Assembly: GCA_963693055.1 (NCBI GenBank)
Contig: OY843751.1
Coordinates: forward strand, 1,184,001-1,248,000
From: a bacterium
GTDB lineage: Bacteria > Zhuqueibacterota > Zhuqueibacteria > Residuimicrobiales > Krinioviventaceae
Reading direction: 5' to 3'
DNA: 64,000 nucleotides
The translations under genes and the position numbers were made by a program. Within the stretch, counting starts at the first letter, position 1. Each line of letters opens with the position of its first letter. The notes below the pieces were generated by a model that was not told where the DNA came from, ran no database searches, and saw nothing but the letters and a program-made list of their open reading frames with translations. This document shows, piece after piece, positions 21,802-32,323 of this stretch.

Positions 21802-22722
21802 ATGAGAAAAATGTTGAGGATTAGTATCTTGATCTTGTTAACAGGTTTGCAATTGTCATTTGCACAGACTCTGGCAGAAAAGCTGGGTTATAAAAATACG
21901 GATAAACTTTTGATCGTAAATTGTGATGATGTGGGTATGTGCCATTCGGCAAATGTGGCGGTTATGGATGCTATGGTGAATGGAATGATCACATCGGGTA
22001 CAATAATGACTCCATGCCCCTGGTTCAACGAGATTGCTGATTTTGCTAGAAGCGGAGCAAAAAGCGATTTGGGAGTACATTTGACCCATACTGCAGAATG
22101 GAAACATTACCGTTGGGGAACCGTTGCTTCTAAAAATCTTGTAAGCGGATTACTGGATCCACAGGGATATATGTGGGAATCGGTTGAAGATGTATATAAA
22201 CATGCCAACGCCGAACAAGCTTATATTGAAGGCAAAGCGCAGATCCAAAAAGCGCTTGATGCCGGTATTGACGTTACGCATATTGACTCACACATGGGTA
22301 CCATGCAGCATGATCCCGAGTATTATCAGGCATATGTGAAATTGGCCAAAGAATACAACTTGCCGTTAAGAATGCCTTCCCAATCTACCACGGAAAAATT
22401 TGGTATGCCCGGTCTTCGCAGCCAGGTTTCCTCAATGGGGCTGATCTTTCCTGATTATTTTGTATATGAAGAATTGCACAACTATGGAGAGGTTAAACCT
22501 TTTTGGACCAATATTTTGAAAAATTTGAAACCCGGTGTTACAGAGATTTATATTCATGCGGCTGTTACAACAGATGAATTAAAAGCCATTACAAACAGTT
22601 GGAAAACACGCAGTAAAGAGTATGAGACCTTTAATCAGGACCCGGATATCAAGAAACTGATTGAGGATGAAGGAATAGTTTTAATTGGTTATCGTCCATT
22701 AAGAGAACTGCAGCGTAAATAA
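21802..22722 (+). CDS. YdjC/ChbG-family deacetylase with signal peptide
   Basis: NCDDVG, GVHLT, HIDSHM, EIYIH; AAGGAG RBS favours ATG 21802 over TTG 21778. Confidence 0.8.
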   Translation: MRKMLRISILILLTGLQLSFAQTLAEKLGYKNTDKLLIVNCDDVGMCHSANVAVMDAMVNGMITSGTIMTPCPWFNEIADFARSGAKSDLGVHLTHTAEWKHYRWGTVASKNLVSGLLDPQGYMWESVEDVYKHANAEQAYIEGKAQIQKALDAGIDVTHIDSHMGTMQHDPEYYQAYVKLAKEYNLPLRMPSQSTTEKFGMPGLRSQVSSMGLIFPDYFVYEELHNYGEVKPFWTNILKNLKPGVTEIYIHAAVTTDELKAITNSWKTRSKEYETFNQDPDIKKLIEDEGIVLIGYRPLRELQRK

Positions 22723-22741
22723 TAATTCAAAGAGGGATAAT

Positions 22742-24253
22742 ATGAAAAAAATATTATTCAGTATTTTGGTTTTATTTTTTACGGTTCAAATACTTTTATC
22801 CAAACCGGTTGAAATTGAAAAATCGGTTTTAAAAGACAAGATTAAAGGCGGTTGGGCGGGACAATTGATTGGCTGCACCTATGGCGGCCCAACCGAATTT
22901 AAATTCAACAGTACCATTATTCCCGATTATCATCCTATTGACTGGAACAGTACTTTGATTGAATGGTGGTTTGATAACCATCCCGGATTGTATGATGATA
23001 TCTATATGGACCTTACGTTTGTTGATGTTTTTGATAAACAGGGTTTGGATGCACCGGCAGAGGCATTTGCAAAAGCGTTTGCGAATGCAGAGTATCCGCT
23101 TTGGCATGCAAACCAGGCAGCCAGATATAACATCCTAAATGGTATAATGCCACCCGAGTCAGGACATTGGCTTAACAATCCCCATGCAGATGATATTGAT
23201 TTTCAAATTGAAGCGGATTTTGCCGGGTTGATGAGTCCCGGTTTGGTGAATGCTGCATCCGGTTATTGTGATCGTATTGGTCATATTATGAACTATGGTG
23301 ATGGCTGGTATGGTGGAGTATATGTAGCTGCCATGTACTCGCTTGCGTTTATATCGGACGATATAGATTTTATTGTCAATGAAGCATTGAAAGCCATTCC
23401 CGCGCAAAGCACATATTATCAATGCATGCAGGATGTGATCTCGCTGCATGATAAATTTCCCAAAGACTGGAAACGTTGCTGGTTCGAGATTGAAAAAAAA
23501 TGGGGAGAAGACATTGGTTGCCCCGATGGTGTTTTCCGTGCATTTAATATTGATGCCAAGATAAATTCTGCATGGATTTTACTAGGGCTTTTGTATGGTG
23601 AAGGCGATTTTGGTAAAACCATTGATATAAGCACGCGTGCGGGAGATGATTCGGATTGTAATCCTGCAAGCTCGGGGGGCATACTGGGTGCTATGATTGG
23701 TTACGAAAAAATCCCCGATGCGTGGAAACAAGGTCTGCATAAAGTAGCTGACCGTAATTTTCAATATACCCGGATATCTCTGAACAAGGCGAATGAGTTG
23801 TCTTTTCAACAGGCATTGCAGGTTATCAGTGATAACGGGGGAACTATAGAAAAGGATAAAGTGCTTATTCCAGAACAGGATGTTAAACCAGTCCCGCTTG
23901 AAATTGGTTTTGAGGGCCATTACCCGATTGAGAGAAAGACAATTGATGCTGAGCTTGATTCTAAAACCGAACTAGAGTTTGAAGGAATTGGATTTACGTT
24001 GCAGGGGAGGATTGTTAAAGAACAGGATGTTGAGATTACATTTCTGGTAGAAATGTATATTGACAACGAACTGGTTGAAACTGCCAAGTTGCCGTCATTG
24101 AGGCATGATCGAAAAAATCCCATGTTTTGGAGATATAAGCTGGAAGAGGGTAAACACCGTATAAAATTCAAGGTATTGAATCCTGCCTCCAACGCAAGAA
24201 TGCATTTGACTGAAATGATTATATATACAGCTACGGATAAGCGGAATCAATAA
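22742..24253 (+). CDS. ADP-ribosylglycohydrolase family protein with signal peptide
   Basis: DKIKGGWAGQLIG, DDIYMD, GDDSDCN; MKK plus hydrophobic N-terminus. Confidence 0.85.
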   Translation: MKKILFSILVLFFTVQILLSKPVEIEKSVLKDKIKGGWAGQLIGCTYGGPTEFKFNSTIIPDYHPIDWNSTLIEWWFDNHPGLYDDIYMDLTFVDVFDKQGLDAPAEAFAKAFANAEYPLWHANQAARYNILNGIMPPESGHWLNNPHADDIDFQIEADFAGLMSPGLVNAASGYCDRIGHIMNYGDGWYGGVYVAAMYSLAFISDDIDFIVNEALKAIPAQSTYYQCMQDVISLHDKFPKDWKRCWFEIEKKWGEDIGCPDGVFRAFNIDAKINSAWILLGLLYGEGDFGKTIDISTRAGDDSDCNPASSGGILGAMIGYEKIPDAWKQGLHKVADRNFQYTRISLNKANELSFQQALQVISDNGGTIEKDKVLIPEQDVKPVPLEIGFEGHYPIERKTIDAELDSKTELEFEGIGFTLQGRIVKEQDVEITFLVEMYIDNELVETAKLPSLRHDRKNPMFWRYKLEEGKHRIKFKVLNPASNARMHLTEMIIYTATDKRNQ

Positions 24254-24274
24254 ATCAACAATTGGGAGGCGGTT

Positions 24275-25207
24275 ATGAGAAAATTTTTACTGATAGTTTT
24301 TATTATAATTCTTTATGTGTCTTTAAGCTCTGCTGCTGATAAACAAAAGATTATATTTGATTGTGATCTGGGTGATGATATTGATGATGCATTTGCCTTG
24401 GCTATGATACTCGCCAGTCCAGAGTTAGATGTTCTGGGTGTTGTTTTGGATTATGGTAACACACCTGAACGCGCCAAAATAGCTTGCCGTATGTTGTACG
24501 AAACTGGCAGAGAAGATATCCCTGTGGTTGTGGGCAGGCAAACGCATGATATTTACTCGCCTCAATTCAACTGGGGAAAAGGATTTGATAAAGTAAAACC
24601 TGTAGACACACCGGCTGATGAATTTATAATCTCTCAATTAAAGAAATACCCCAATGAGGTTGTTTTGATAACAGTGGGTCCGGTTCCCAATATGATGGAT
24701 GTGATTAAAAAGGACAAGGATGCATTAAAACTCTCCAAACATATCTATTCCATGTATGGATCTTTTTATATGGGATACAACAAGGAACCTATACCCAGTG
24801 CGGAATGGAATGTACGTGCCGATGAAGATGCATCTAGACTGTTTTCTGCCTGTGGTGCAGAGATCACTTATGCCGGGCTGGATGTAACCACCTTTGTAAA
24901 GTGGAATGACGAACGTCGTTTAAAACTGTTGATGCGCCAGTCACCCCTTACCAATGCTATATGTGGACTATACAGCTTGTGGCCGCATGAAACGCCAACT
25001 TTGTATGATTGTGTTGCAGTAGGTATGGTGATTTGGCCGGATCTGTTTACAACCCGAAAAGCCTTTGTTAAAGTGATTGATGGCGGATATACGATTATTG
25101 ATGAGAGCAAGACACCCAACTGTGAGGTTGGAGTAAGCATTAAAACTGAAACATTTTTAAACAGATTGATGGATGTATATTTAACTCAGAACCTGATGCG
25201 CGAATAA
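24275..25207 (+). CDS. Nucleoside hydrolase with signal peptide
   Basis: DCDLGDDIDDAFA, AEWNV, LYD; MRK plus hydrophobic N-terminus. Confidence 0.88.
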   Translation: MRKFLLIVFIIILYVSLSSAADKQKIIFDCDLGDDIDDAFALAMILASPELDVLGVVLDYGNTPERAKIACRMLYETGREDIPVVVGRQTHDIYSPQFNWGKGFDKVKPVDTPADEFIISQLKKYPNEVVLITVGPVPNMMDVIKKDKDALKLSKHIYSMYGSFYMGYNKEPIPSAEWNVRADEDASRLFSACGAEITYAGLDVTTFVKWNDERRLKLLMRQSPLTNAICGLYSLWPHETPTLYDCVAVGMVIWPDLFTTRKAFVKVIDGGYTIIDESKTPNCEVGVSIKTETFLNRLMDVYLTQNLMRE

Positions 25208-25226
25208 TTCCATAGGTGAGTACGCT

Positions 25227-26159
25227 TTGGAGAAAACTTTGAGAATAGTAGTTGTTGGCAGTTCCAATACAGATATGATTGTTAATGTACCCAAAATACC
25301 CGTAGCAGGTGAAACGGTATTGGGAGGCACATTTAGTCGTGCGGCCGGCGGCAAAGGCGCAAATCAGGCAGTTGCCGCGGCACGGGCAGGTGGTAATGTA
25401 ACATTCATTGCAAGAGTGGGGAACGATAGCTTTGGAGAAGAAGCAATTACCGGGTTTGCCATAGATCATATCCAGACGCAATATATCTTTCAGGATGAAA
25501 AAGCCCCTTCAGGTATTGCTGAAATTTTTGTTTCTGATAACGGAGAGAACTGTATAGCCGTAGCCCCCGGTGCAAATGCTCTGTTAAGCTCTGAGGATGT
25601 ATTAAAAGCTAAATCTGAAATTGCCTCTGCGGATGTTTTGGTTGCCCAGTTGGAAACCCCTCTTGAAACTGTGGAAACGGCAATTTCTATCGCAAGTCAG
25701 AATCGCACCAAAGTGATCCTGAATCCTGCTCCGGCATGCGAGCTCCCGGACGAGTTATTGTCTCGGGTATCGATTCTGACCCCCAATGAAACCGAAACCG
25801 AATTTTTGACAGGAATTGCTATAACTGACCTTAAAAGTGTAGAAAAGGCGAGTGAAGCTTTGCGGCAAAAGGGTGTACAAATGGTAATTATAACGCTGGG
25901 CAGCAAGGGTGTGTATGTCTCCACAAGCGAATTTGGCGGATTAATACCCGGCTATGAGGTGGATGCTGTGGATACAACCGCTGCCGGTGATGTATTTAAC
26001 GGCGCGCTTGCTGTAGGCATTGCAGGCAGAATGATGTTGAATGAAGCTGTGCAATTTGCCCAGGCTGCGGCAGCGCTTTCTGTTACCCGCATGGGTGCCC
26101 AACCATCCTGTCCTACTCGTAAAGAGATACTGGATTTTATCTCTCAACAACAATATTAA
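25227..26159 (+). CDS. rbsK: Ribokinase
   Basis: GSSNTD, GGKGANQAVA, NPAP, PNETE, DTTAAGD. Confidence 0.93.
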   Translation: MEKTLRIVVVGSSNTDMIVNVPKIPVAGETVLGGTFSRAAGGKGANQAVAAARAGGNVTFIARVGNDSFGEEAITGFAIDHIQTQYIFQDEKAPSGIAEIFVSDNGENCIAVAPGANALLSSEDVLKAKSEIASADVLVAQLETPLETVETAISIASQNRTKVILNPAPACELPDELLSRVSILTPNETETEFLTGIAITDLKSVEKASEALRQKGVQMVIITLGSKGVYVSTSEFGGLIPGYEVDAVDTTAAGDVFNGALAVGIAGRMMLNEAVQFAQAAAALSVTRMGAQPSCPTRKEILDFISQQQY

Positions 26160-26194
26160 TTTATTTTGATTTAAATCTGACCTTATTTAATACC

Positions 26195-26223
26195 TTGCGC
26201 ATTTATCCGAGTATTTGTATTTT
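26195..26223 (+). promoter_or_regulatory. Putative sigma70 promoter with degenerate operator in the spacer
   Basis: TTGCGC-N17-TATTTT; TATCCGAGTA (26204-26213) matches TACTCGAGTA at 8/10. Confidence 0.4.
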
Positions 26224-26282
26224 GAAATAACCCTGTTTTATTGTGTTTCCGACAATTTATTAATAAATAAAGAGGTCTGGGT

Positions 26283-27653
26283 ATGCAAAATGATTTGAAA
26301 ACATCAAGGCGCGAGTTTTTGAAAAATTCTACTGCCGCTGCGGTAGGAATAGGCGCATTGGGCGCACCTGTCATTAAACCGGTTTTAGGGGCAAATGATA
26401 AAATCCGTATGGGATTCATTGGGGTTGGCAACCGGGGAACGCAATTGTTACACAGTTTTGTTGAAAACAAGGATGTAGATCTGGTAGCTCTGTGTGATGT
26501 GTATGAACCCTTTACCTTGCGTGATCCCTCAAAATTAGATCCCATCTTTGTAGAAAAACTGGGCAAACGATTACCGGCTTTGGGTGAAAAGTTTGGTAAA
26601 TATGATCGCTATTCAGATTTTAGAAAACTTTTGGAACGCAAAGATATAGATGCGGTTTGCATTGCAACTCCGGACCACTGGCACTCTATTCAAATGATTG
26701 AGGCATGCGAAGCTGGTAAAGATGTTTATGTGGAAAAACCCCTGACCATTGCTTTAAAAGAGGGACGTCGGATGGTTGATGCCGCAGAACGTACAGGGCA
26801 AATTGTTCAGGTGGGCTTGAACCGCAGGGGTTCTACTTTGTATCAGCAAATGGTTAAACTGGTACAGGGAGGCAAGCTGGGTAAAATAACCACCGCTCGA
26901 GCTTCACGTATCAGCAATATGTATCCTAAGGGCATTGGAAATGAAAAACCTGCTGATCCCCCAAAGGATCTGGATTGGGATATGTGGCTGGGTCCCCGGG
27001 AATACAGACCTTTTCAATATAATATTATGCCTTATTTTTTCCGCTGGTGGAAGTCGTACTCTTCGCAAATGGGCAACTGGGGAGTGCACTATTTTGATGT
27101 AATGCGCTGGATGATGGGAGAGCGAGCCCCTGTTGCTGTTACGGCAATTGGTGGGAAATATGCCTTAACGGATGACCGAACCATTCCTGATACCACTGAA
27201 GTGATTTTTGAGTTTGCTTCCGGTGCAATTATGACTTTTTCAATTTATGAAGCCAGTGGCGGCAGAGTTATTCAAAAGGGTGAAGTAGAGCTACGCGGTA
27301 CCAAAGGTACGCTGTATACAACCGATAATAATTACACCATTGTACCCTCAAAAGCAGGGCAATTCCAGGATTGGGACGAGCTGGTTGAAGAAACAGACCA
27401 GGATATTTCTGTGCCGGAAGATATTACTTCCAAGTTGATCCGTAATTTTCTGGATTGTGTAAAATCCAAAGCTGAACCCTGGTGCCCTCTGGAAGAAGGA
27501 CATCGGTCAACTTCATTTGCGCATATTGCCAATATTTCTCTGGAAGTTGGCGGACGACTGGAATGGGACGCAGAAAAAGAACAATTTATAAATAATGATA
27601 AAGCAAACGAATTGTTGGATTATGAGTACAGGTCGCCATGGAAAAAAGCATAA
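26283..27653 (+). CDS. Tat-exported Gfo/Idh/MocA oxidoreductase
   Basis: SRREFLK Tat motif, GVGNRG, IATPDHWH, YVEKP. Confidence 0.9.
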   Translation: MQNDLKTSRREFLKNSTAAAVGIGALGAPVIKPVLGANDKIRMGFIGVGNRGTQLLHSFVENKDVDLVALCDVYEPFTLRDPSKLDPIFVEKLGKRLPALGEKFGKYDRYSDFRKLLERKDIDAVCIATPDHWHSIQMIEACEAGKDVYVEKPLTIALKEGRRMVDAAERTGQIVQVGLNRRGSTLYQQMVKLVQGGKLGKITTARASRISNMYPKGIGNEKPADPPKDLDWDMWLGPREYRPFQYNIMPYFFRWWKSYSSQMGNWGVHYFDVMRWMMGERAPVAVTAIGGKYALTDDRTIPDTTEVIFEFASGAIMTFSIYEASGGRVIQKGEVELRGTKGTLYTTDNNYTIVPSKAGQFQDWDELVEETDQDISVPEDITSKLIRNFLDCVKSKAEPWCPLEEGHRSTSFAHIANISLEVGGRLEWDAEKEQFINNDKANELLDYEYRSPWKKA

Positions 27654-29134
27654 GTATATCTGTAAAACGGAGATCGTTTGTTAAAGCCCTGACGGGTTCC
27701 GCTGTTATGGCTTTATTACAGCCTGATAGCATTTTTGCCGGTAACCGTGAACGTTTGCCTAATATTGTATTTATTATTTGTGATCAAATGCGGGGAGATG
27801 CGCTGAGCTGTTTAGGCAGTCCAAATGCCCGTACTCCGCATCTGGACAAGCTGGCTGAAAAAGGGGTATTGTTTAAAAACTTTTTTTCAAACAATCCGGT
27901 TTGTGCGCCTTCACGGGTATCTTTTTTTACAGGTCTTTATCCGCATCAGCATGGTAAATTGACCAATCCCAGCGGCAAGTTTGTTGAATCATTCGATGCC
28001 TGGATGCCCGGATATTTCCGCAAACAAGGATACAAAGTCGGATGGGTGGGAAAAAATCACACGGCCAGTAAACAAGTAATGCAGCGAATGGATTCCAGCA
28101 CCATCAGGGCGAGAGAACCCTTTCGGCAATATAACAAGTTTGTGCCACCATGCTGGCATTCGGATTTGTATTGGCCTGATGAACAGTGTTATCCCGCAAT
28201 GAATACCCGTGACGCGACCAAGTTTGTAAATGAATCTGCGGACACTCTTTTCTTTTTGCATGTGAGTTATTTTGATCCTCATCCACCGTATATGGCTTCA
28301 TCAAAATATACCATTCAATACGCTGGCAAGGACATGGTTTTACCCGAGTATATTGACCCTGCTAAATTAAACAGTCGCCTCGCTAAACAAGCCAGGGCCC
28401 TGCACTATGACAGAATACAGGATTCGGACTTGAAAGAAACCCTGCGATATTATTATGCTGCAATCGAAGGGGGAGTAGATGCTCAAGTGGGTCAGTTGAT
28501 GGACGCTCTTGAGAAAAAAAGATTAATGGATAATACTATAATTGTGTTCACATCAGATCATGGTGATTTTATGGGTGAGTATAGAATGGTGCGTAAAGGC
28601 ATGTTTCATTATGATGCTTTGGTGCATATCCCGTTTATTATATACGCACCCGGAATAACCGGAAAGGGTATTAAACTCGATACTATGGCACAGGGAGTGG
28701 ATTTGTATCCGACCCTGATCGAATTGACTGGTGGAAGAGTGCCGGGTACATTGCCGGGACGGTCGTTAGTTTCTTACTTGTCCGGTGATAAAGAGGACGT
28801 TCCCGATGCAACCGTGTTTGCTTCGGCAGCATATAGTGATTTACCGGAAGATTATTTTGAAAATCCGGAACCGGCCTATAATCCGGACAGTGATGTACCG
28901 TTTCATACGCGCGTGCAAAATCTGACCTGGAAAGCTGAACGGCGAACCATTATGGCGCGTACTCGCGAGTGGAAACTGATTGTGAACGAGACGGGTGAAA
29001 ACGAGCTGTATCATATGGATGGTGGATATACTGAAAAAGAAAATCTGATACATGATGAGCGATACGCAGAGATACGACAAAAGCTTTTAAAGAAAATCAT
29101 GCAGCAATGGGACTGGCAAAACAGCAAGATCTAA
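27638..29134 (+). CDS. S1 formylglycine-dependent sulfatase (Tat)
   Basis: KRRSFVK; CAPSR, GKNH, DPHPP, SDHG. Confidence 0.92.
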   Translation: MEKSISISVKRRSFVKALTGSAVMALLQPDSIFAGNRERLPNIVFIICDQMRGDALSCLGSPNARTPHLDKLAEKGVLFKNFFSNNPVCAPSRVSFFTGLYPHQHGKLTNPSGKFVESFDAWMPGYFRKQGYKVGWVGKNHTASKQVMQRMDSSTIRAREPFRQYNKFVPPCWHSDLYWPDEQCYPAMNTRDATKFVNESADTLFFLHVSYFDPHPPYMASSKYTIQYAGKDMVLPEYIDPAKLNSRLAKQARALHYDRIQDSDLKETLRYYYAAIEGGVDAQVGQLMDALEKKRLMDNTIIVFTSDHGDFMGEYRMVRKGMFHYDALVHIPFIIYAPGITGKGIKLDTMAQGVDLYPTLIELTGGRVPGTLPGRSLVSYLSGDKEDVPDATVFASAAYSDLPEDYFENPEPAYNPDSDVPFHTRVQNLTWKAERRTIMARTREWKLIVNETGENELYHMDGGYTEKENLIHDERYAEIRQKLLKKIMQQWDWQNSKI

Positions 29135-29161
29135 ATATGAATTGATAATACAGGAACCAAT

Positions 29162-30448
29162 ATGGCAATTCGAATTAAAGCAACTGATGCAAATTTTGAA
29201 AGAGAACCCCTAATCAGACCTTTTGGCTTTAAAGGGGGATATATGAATGAGATATGGCAGAGCGCCGCATTGATGGAAAGTGAAAACGGTTTCCGCGAGG
29301 TGGGCCTGTGTACGCACAGTGTTTTGTGGTCAGATGCCAAAGTATTTGCAGACCATTCAGATACCGGCGGTAATGCTTTAATGCATTCCATGACCGAATA
29401 CGCACTGCAATTGGTAAATGATATTCCTTTTGACAATCCCGTACAATTATTAGATCAGCTTTTGGAACCGGTTTACGAGTATGGAAAAATGATTACGGGC
29501 AATGTAGATCTTCGCAAAACCTTTGCTTTAAATGCCCTGGTAGGTGTTGATAATGCAGCCTGGTTAATTTATGCAAAAGAATTGGGAATCAATAATTTTG
29601 ATGATCTGGTTCCGGCTGCATTCAAGCCGGCGCTCTCTCATCATCATAAAAAGGTTGCCAGTATTCCTTTGATGGCATACGCAATACCCATTGAAGAAAT
29701 TGTAGATGCCGTTAACCAGGGATATTTCTTTATGAAAATCAAGATCGGTCAGCCTGGTACTCAGGAAGAAATGTTGGAAAAGGACAAGGCCCGGCTTTCA
29801 GCTATTCATAAGGCTATTGGGCATATGGAGACCGGGTATTCCCAATCCGGTAAACTCCCTTATTATTTTGACGCCAATGGCAGATACGAGAGCAAAGAAA
29901 TGTTAAAACGCCTGTTGGATCATGCTGATAAAATTGGTGCGTTTGATCAGATTGCCATTGTTGAGGAACCGTTTCCAGAACATGTTGAGGATTTTGTTGG
30001 CGATTTGGGAGTTCGTATTGCAGCGGATGAAAGCGCACATACGGATAAAGATGCCCTGGCTCGCATGGAAATGGGATATGGGGCTATGGCTTTAAAGGCT
30101 ATTGCAAAAACCTTGAGCATGACGTTAAAAATTGCTCAACTGGCACATGAAAAAAATGTGCCCTGTTTTTGTGCGGATTTGACTGTGAATCCGATTTTGG
30201 TTGAATGGAATAAAAATGTGGCCGCCAGATTGGCACCGTTCCCTGAATTGGGCCTGGGATTAATGGAAACCAACGGTCACCAGAATTATAAAAACTGGAA
30301 AACAATGGTGGAGAAGCATCCTTATCCTGACGCGAAATGGCGGGAAACGCATAAAGGTGTGTTTGATCTGGATGATGATTATTATGAAAAAAACGGGGGT
30401 GTTTTTACTCCTTCCCCTTTTTACGCTAGAATGTTTGAGAAAAAATAA
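29162..30448 (+). CDS. Enolase superfamily (MR/MLE-like) enzyme, substrate unknown
   Basis: KIKIG, DANG, EEP, ADES metal-ligand pattern. Confidence 0.75.
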   Translation: MAIRIKATDANFEREPLIRPFGFKGGYMNEIWQSAALMESENGFREVGLCTHSVLWSDAKVFADHSDTGGNALMHSMTEYALQLVNDIPFDNPVQLLDQLLEPVYEYGKMITGNVDLRKTFALNALVGVDNAAWLIYAKELGINNFDDLVPAAFKPALSHHHKKVASIPLMAYAIPIEEIVDAVNQGYFFMKIKIGQPGTQEEMLEKDKARLSAIHKAIGHMETGYSQSGKLPYYFDANGRYESKEMLKRLLDHADKIGAFDQIAIVEEPFPEHVEDFVGDLGVRIAADESAHTDKDALARMEMGYGAMALKAIAKTLSMTLKIAQLAHEKNVPCFCADLTVNPILVEWNKNVAARLAPFPELGLGLMETNGHQNYKNWKTMVEKHPYPDAKWRETHKGVFDLDDDYYEKNGGVFTPSPFYARMFEKK

Positions 30449-30459
30449 TAGGAAGTAGA

Positions 30460-31224
30460 ATGGGACCGTTATTTGATTTAAACTCCCGAGTGATTCTGGT
30501 AACCGGATCAGGCGGTGGTTTGGGATATACCATGGCAAAAGGCCTGGCACAGGCAGGCGCTTTTGTGGTACTGAATGGTAGAAATGAAGAAAAATTAGAG
30601 GCTGCTGTAAAAAGTTTGAAAAATGAAAATTTGACTGTTGTAGGTGTACCCTTTGATATAAATGACGAGAAACAGGTAAAGAGCAGTATCGTGAAAATCG
30701 AAAAAGATCTGGGCCCTATTGATGTGCTGGTTAATAATGCAGGAATTCAGCACCGGGGCTCGTTAGAGACCATTGAGAAAAAAGATTTTGATAAAGTCAT
30801 TGAAACAAATCTGACAGGTGCGTTTCTGGTCAGTAAACATGTTGTGCAGGGGATGATCAAACGCCAAAAGGGTAAAGTTATTAATATCTGTTCATTAATG
30901 AGCTCGCTGGGAAGATACACTGTAGGGCCATATGCTGCCGCCAAAGGAGGTTTGGCCATGTTGACCAAAGCTATGGCAGTAGACTGGGCGCAATACAATA
31001 TTCAGGTCAATGGCATAGCTCCCGGATATTTTATAACAGAAATGACCCAGCCATTGGCCGATGATCAGGAATTTGATACCTGGCTAAAGAAACGAACACC
31101 CGCAAACCGTTGGGGGGATCCCACGGAATTAATTGGCACCGCTATTTACTTGTCTACACAGGCTTCGGCTTTTGTAAATGGTCAAGTAATTTATGTAGAC
31201 GGTGGAATAATGGCATCAATTTAA
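30460..31224 (+). CDS. SDR oxidoreductase, gluconate 5-dehydrogenase/KduD-like
   Basis: TGSGGGLG, VNNAG, YAAAKGG, NGIAPGY. Confidence 0.85.
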   Translation: MGPLFDLNSRVILVTGSGGGLGYTMAKGLAQAGAFVVLNGRNEEKLEAAVKSLKNENLTVVGVPFDINDEKQVKSSIVKIEKDLGPIDVLVNNAGIQHRGSLETIEKKDFDKVIETNLTGAFLVSKHVVQGMIKRQKGKVINICSLMSSLGRYTVGPYAAAKGGLAMLTKAMAVDWAQYNIQVNGIAPGYFITEMTQPLADDQEFDTWLKKRTPANRWGDPTELIGTAIYLSTQASAFVNGQVIYVDGGIMASI

Positions 31225-31245
31225 GCTAAAACGGCAACATTCTAC

Positions 31246-31287
31246 TTGACCGGGAGTATAGAGTTTATTATATTAAGTACTCGAGTA
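31246..31287 (+). promoter_or_regulatory. Putative sigma70 promoter of the lacI-family gene with palindromic operator
   Basis: TTGACC-N17-TATATT (31246-31274), then perfect palindrome TACTCGAGTA at 31278-31287. Confidence 0.65.
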
Positions 31288-31305
31288 AGTAAAAAGGGGT
31301 AGTTT

Positions 31306-32313
31306 GTGGCTGTAAGACAGATAGATATTGCTAAAAAACTTGGCGTTACACGTATCACGGTTTCAAAGGCTTTATGCGACCATCCGGATATATCGGAGGC
31401 CATGAAAGTCAAAGTGCGCAAAACCGCTGAAGATATGGGGTATATACCCAATCGGTTAGCCAGTCAATTGCAAACCAAAAAGTCATACACCATTGGTGTA
31501 GTTGTTCCGGGTATTGCAAATTCATTTTTTTCACTGGTGACTCATGGTATAATCGATTATGCTACTCCTAAAGGCTATCATATTATTCTTACGGTATCAC
31601 TTGAAAATCCGGAAATGGAGCTGGAAAATCTGCGTACTCTTATGTCCATGCGGGTGGATGGTATCCTCATTTCCGTTTCTCAAAACACGATTGATACCGG
31701 TATTTTTGAATTGATAAAGCAGTATGAAATTCCCCTGATCTTTTTTGATCGGGATATTCCGGGGCTGGATTGTTTCAGCCGTGTAGGCATTGACAATGTA
31801 AAAGCCGCAAAAGAACTTTTAGATTTTGTTTTAGATAAAGGCTATACCCGTGTAGCGCATTTGGCGGGTACACAGGTATCTACTATAGGCAGAGACCGTT
31901 ATGAGGGCTATTTACAATCCATGAAAGCACATGGCATTGAACCTGATCCAAAATTGTTTATTGAAGGCGGATTTGATGTGAAATCCGGTTATAATGGCTT
32001 TATGCGCCTGCTTGAACAAGGTGGAATGCCGGAGGTGGTTTACGCGGCTAATGATCAGATAGCTCAGGGTGTTTACCATGCCTGTGAAGACAAGGGCATA
32101 AAAATACCGGAAGATTTAGGTGTAGTTGCCTTTGGGCATGACGATTTTGCAAATATAATGAGCCCCAAATTAACCATAATTGATAATCCCCCGGAATTGT
32201 TGGGGAAAACTGCCATAGAGCAGTTGATTGATGAAATGAAAGGAACGCCCAATACCAATCCGTCAACGGTGCTGGTTGATTCACATTTGGTAGTAAACCG
32301 GTCTATATTATAA
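31306..32313 (+). CDS. LacI family transcriptional regulator
   Basis: HTH QIDIAKKLGVTRITVSKAL, GYIPN, sugar-binding domain with IPEDLGVVAF; GTG start. Confidence 0.93.
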   Translation: MAVRQIDIAKKLGVTRITVSKALCDHPDISEAMKVKVRKTAEDMGYIPNRLASQLQTKKSYTIGVVVPGIANSFFSLVTHGIIDYATPKGYHIILTVSLENPEMELENLRTLMSMRVDGILISVSQNTIDTGIFELIKQYEIPLIFFDRDIPGLDCFSRVGIDNVKAAKELLDFVLDKGYTRVAHLAGTQVSTIGRDRYEGYLQSMKAHGIEPDPKLFIEGGFDVKSGYNGFMRLLEQGGMPEVVYAANDQIAQGVYHACEDKGIKIPEDLGVVAFGHDDFANIMSPKLTIIDNPPELLGKTAIEQLIDEMKGTPNTNPSTVLVDSHLVVNRSIL

Positions 32314-32323
32314 ATTAACTGGA

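Noticed and set aside
22742-24253. ADP-ribosylglycohydrolase as DraG or as an antitoxin/anti-phage component
   Set aside because: It has a signal peptide and no neighbouring ADP-ribosyltransferase or nif genes; the context is catabolic
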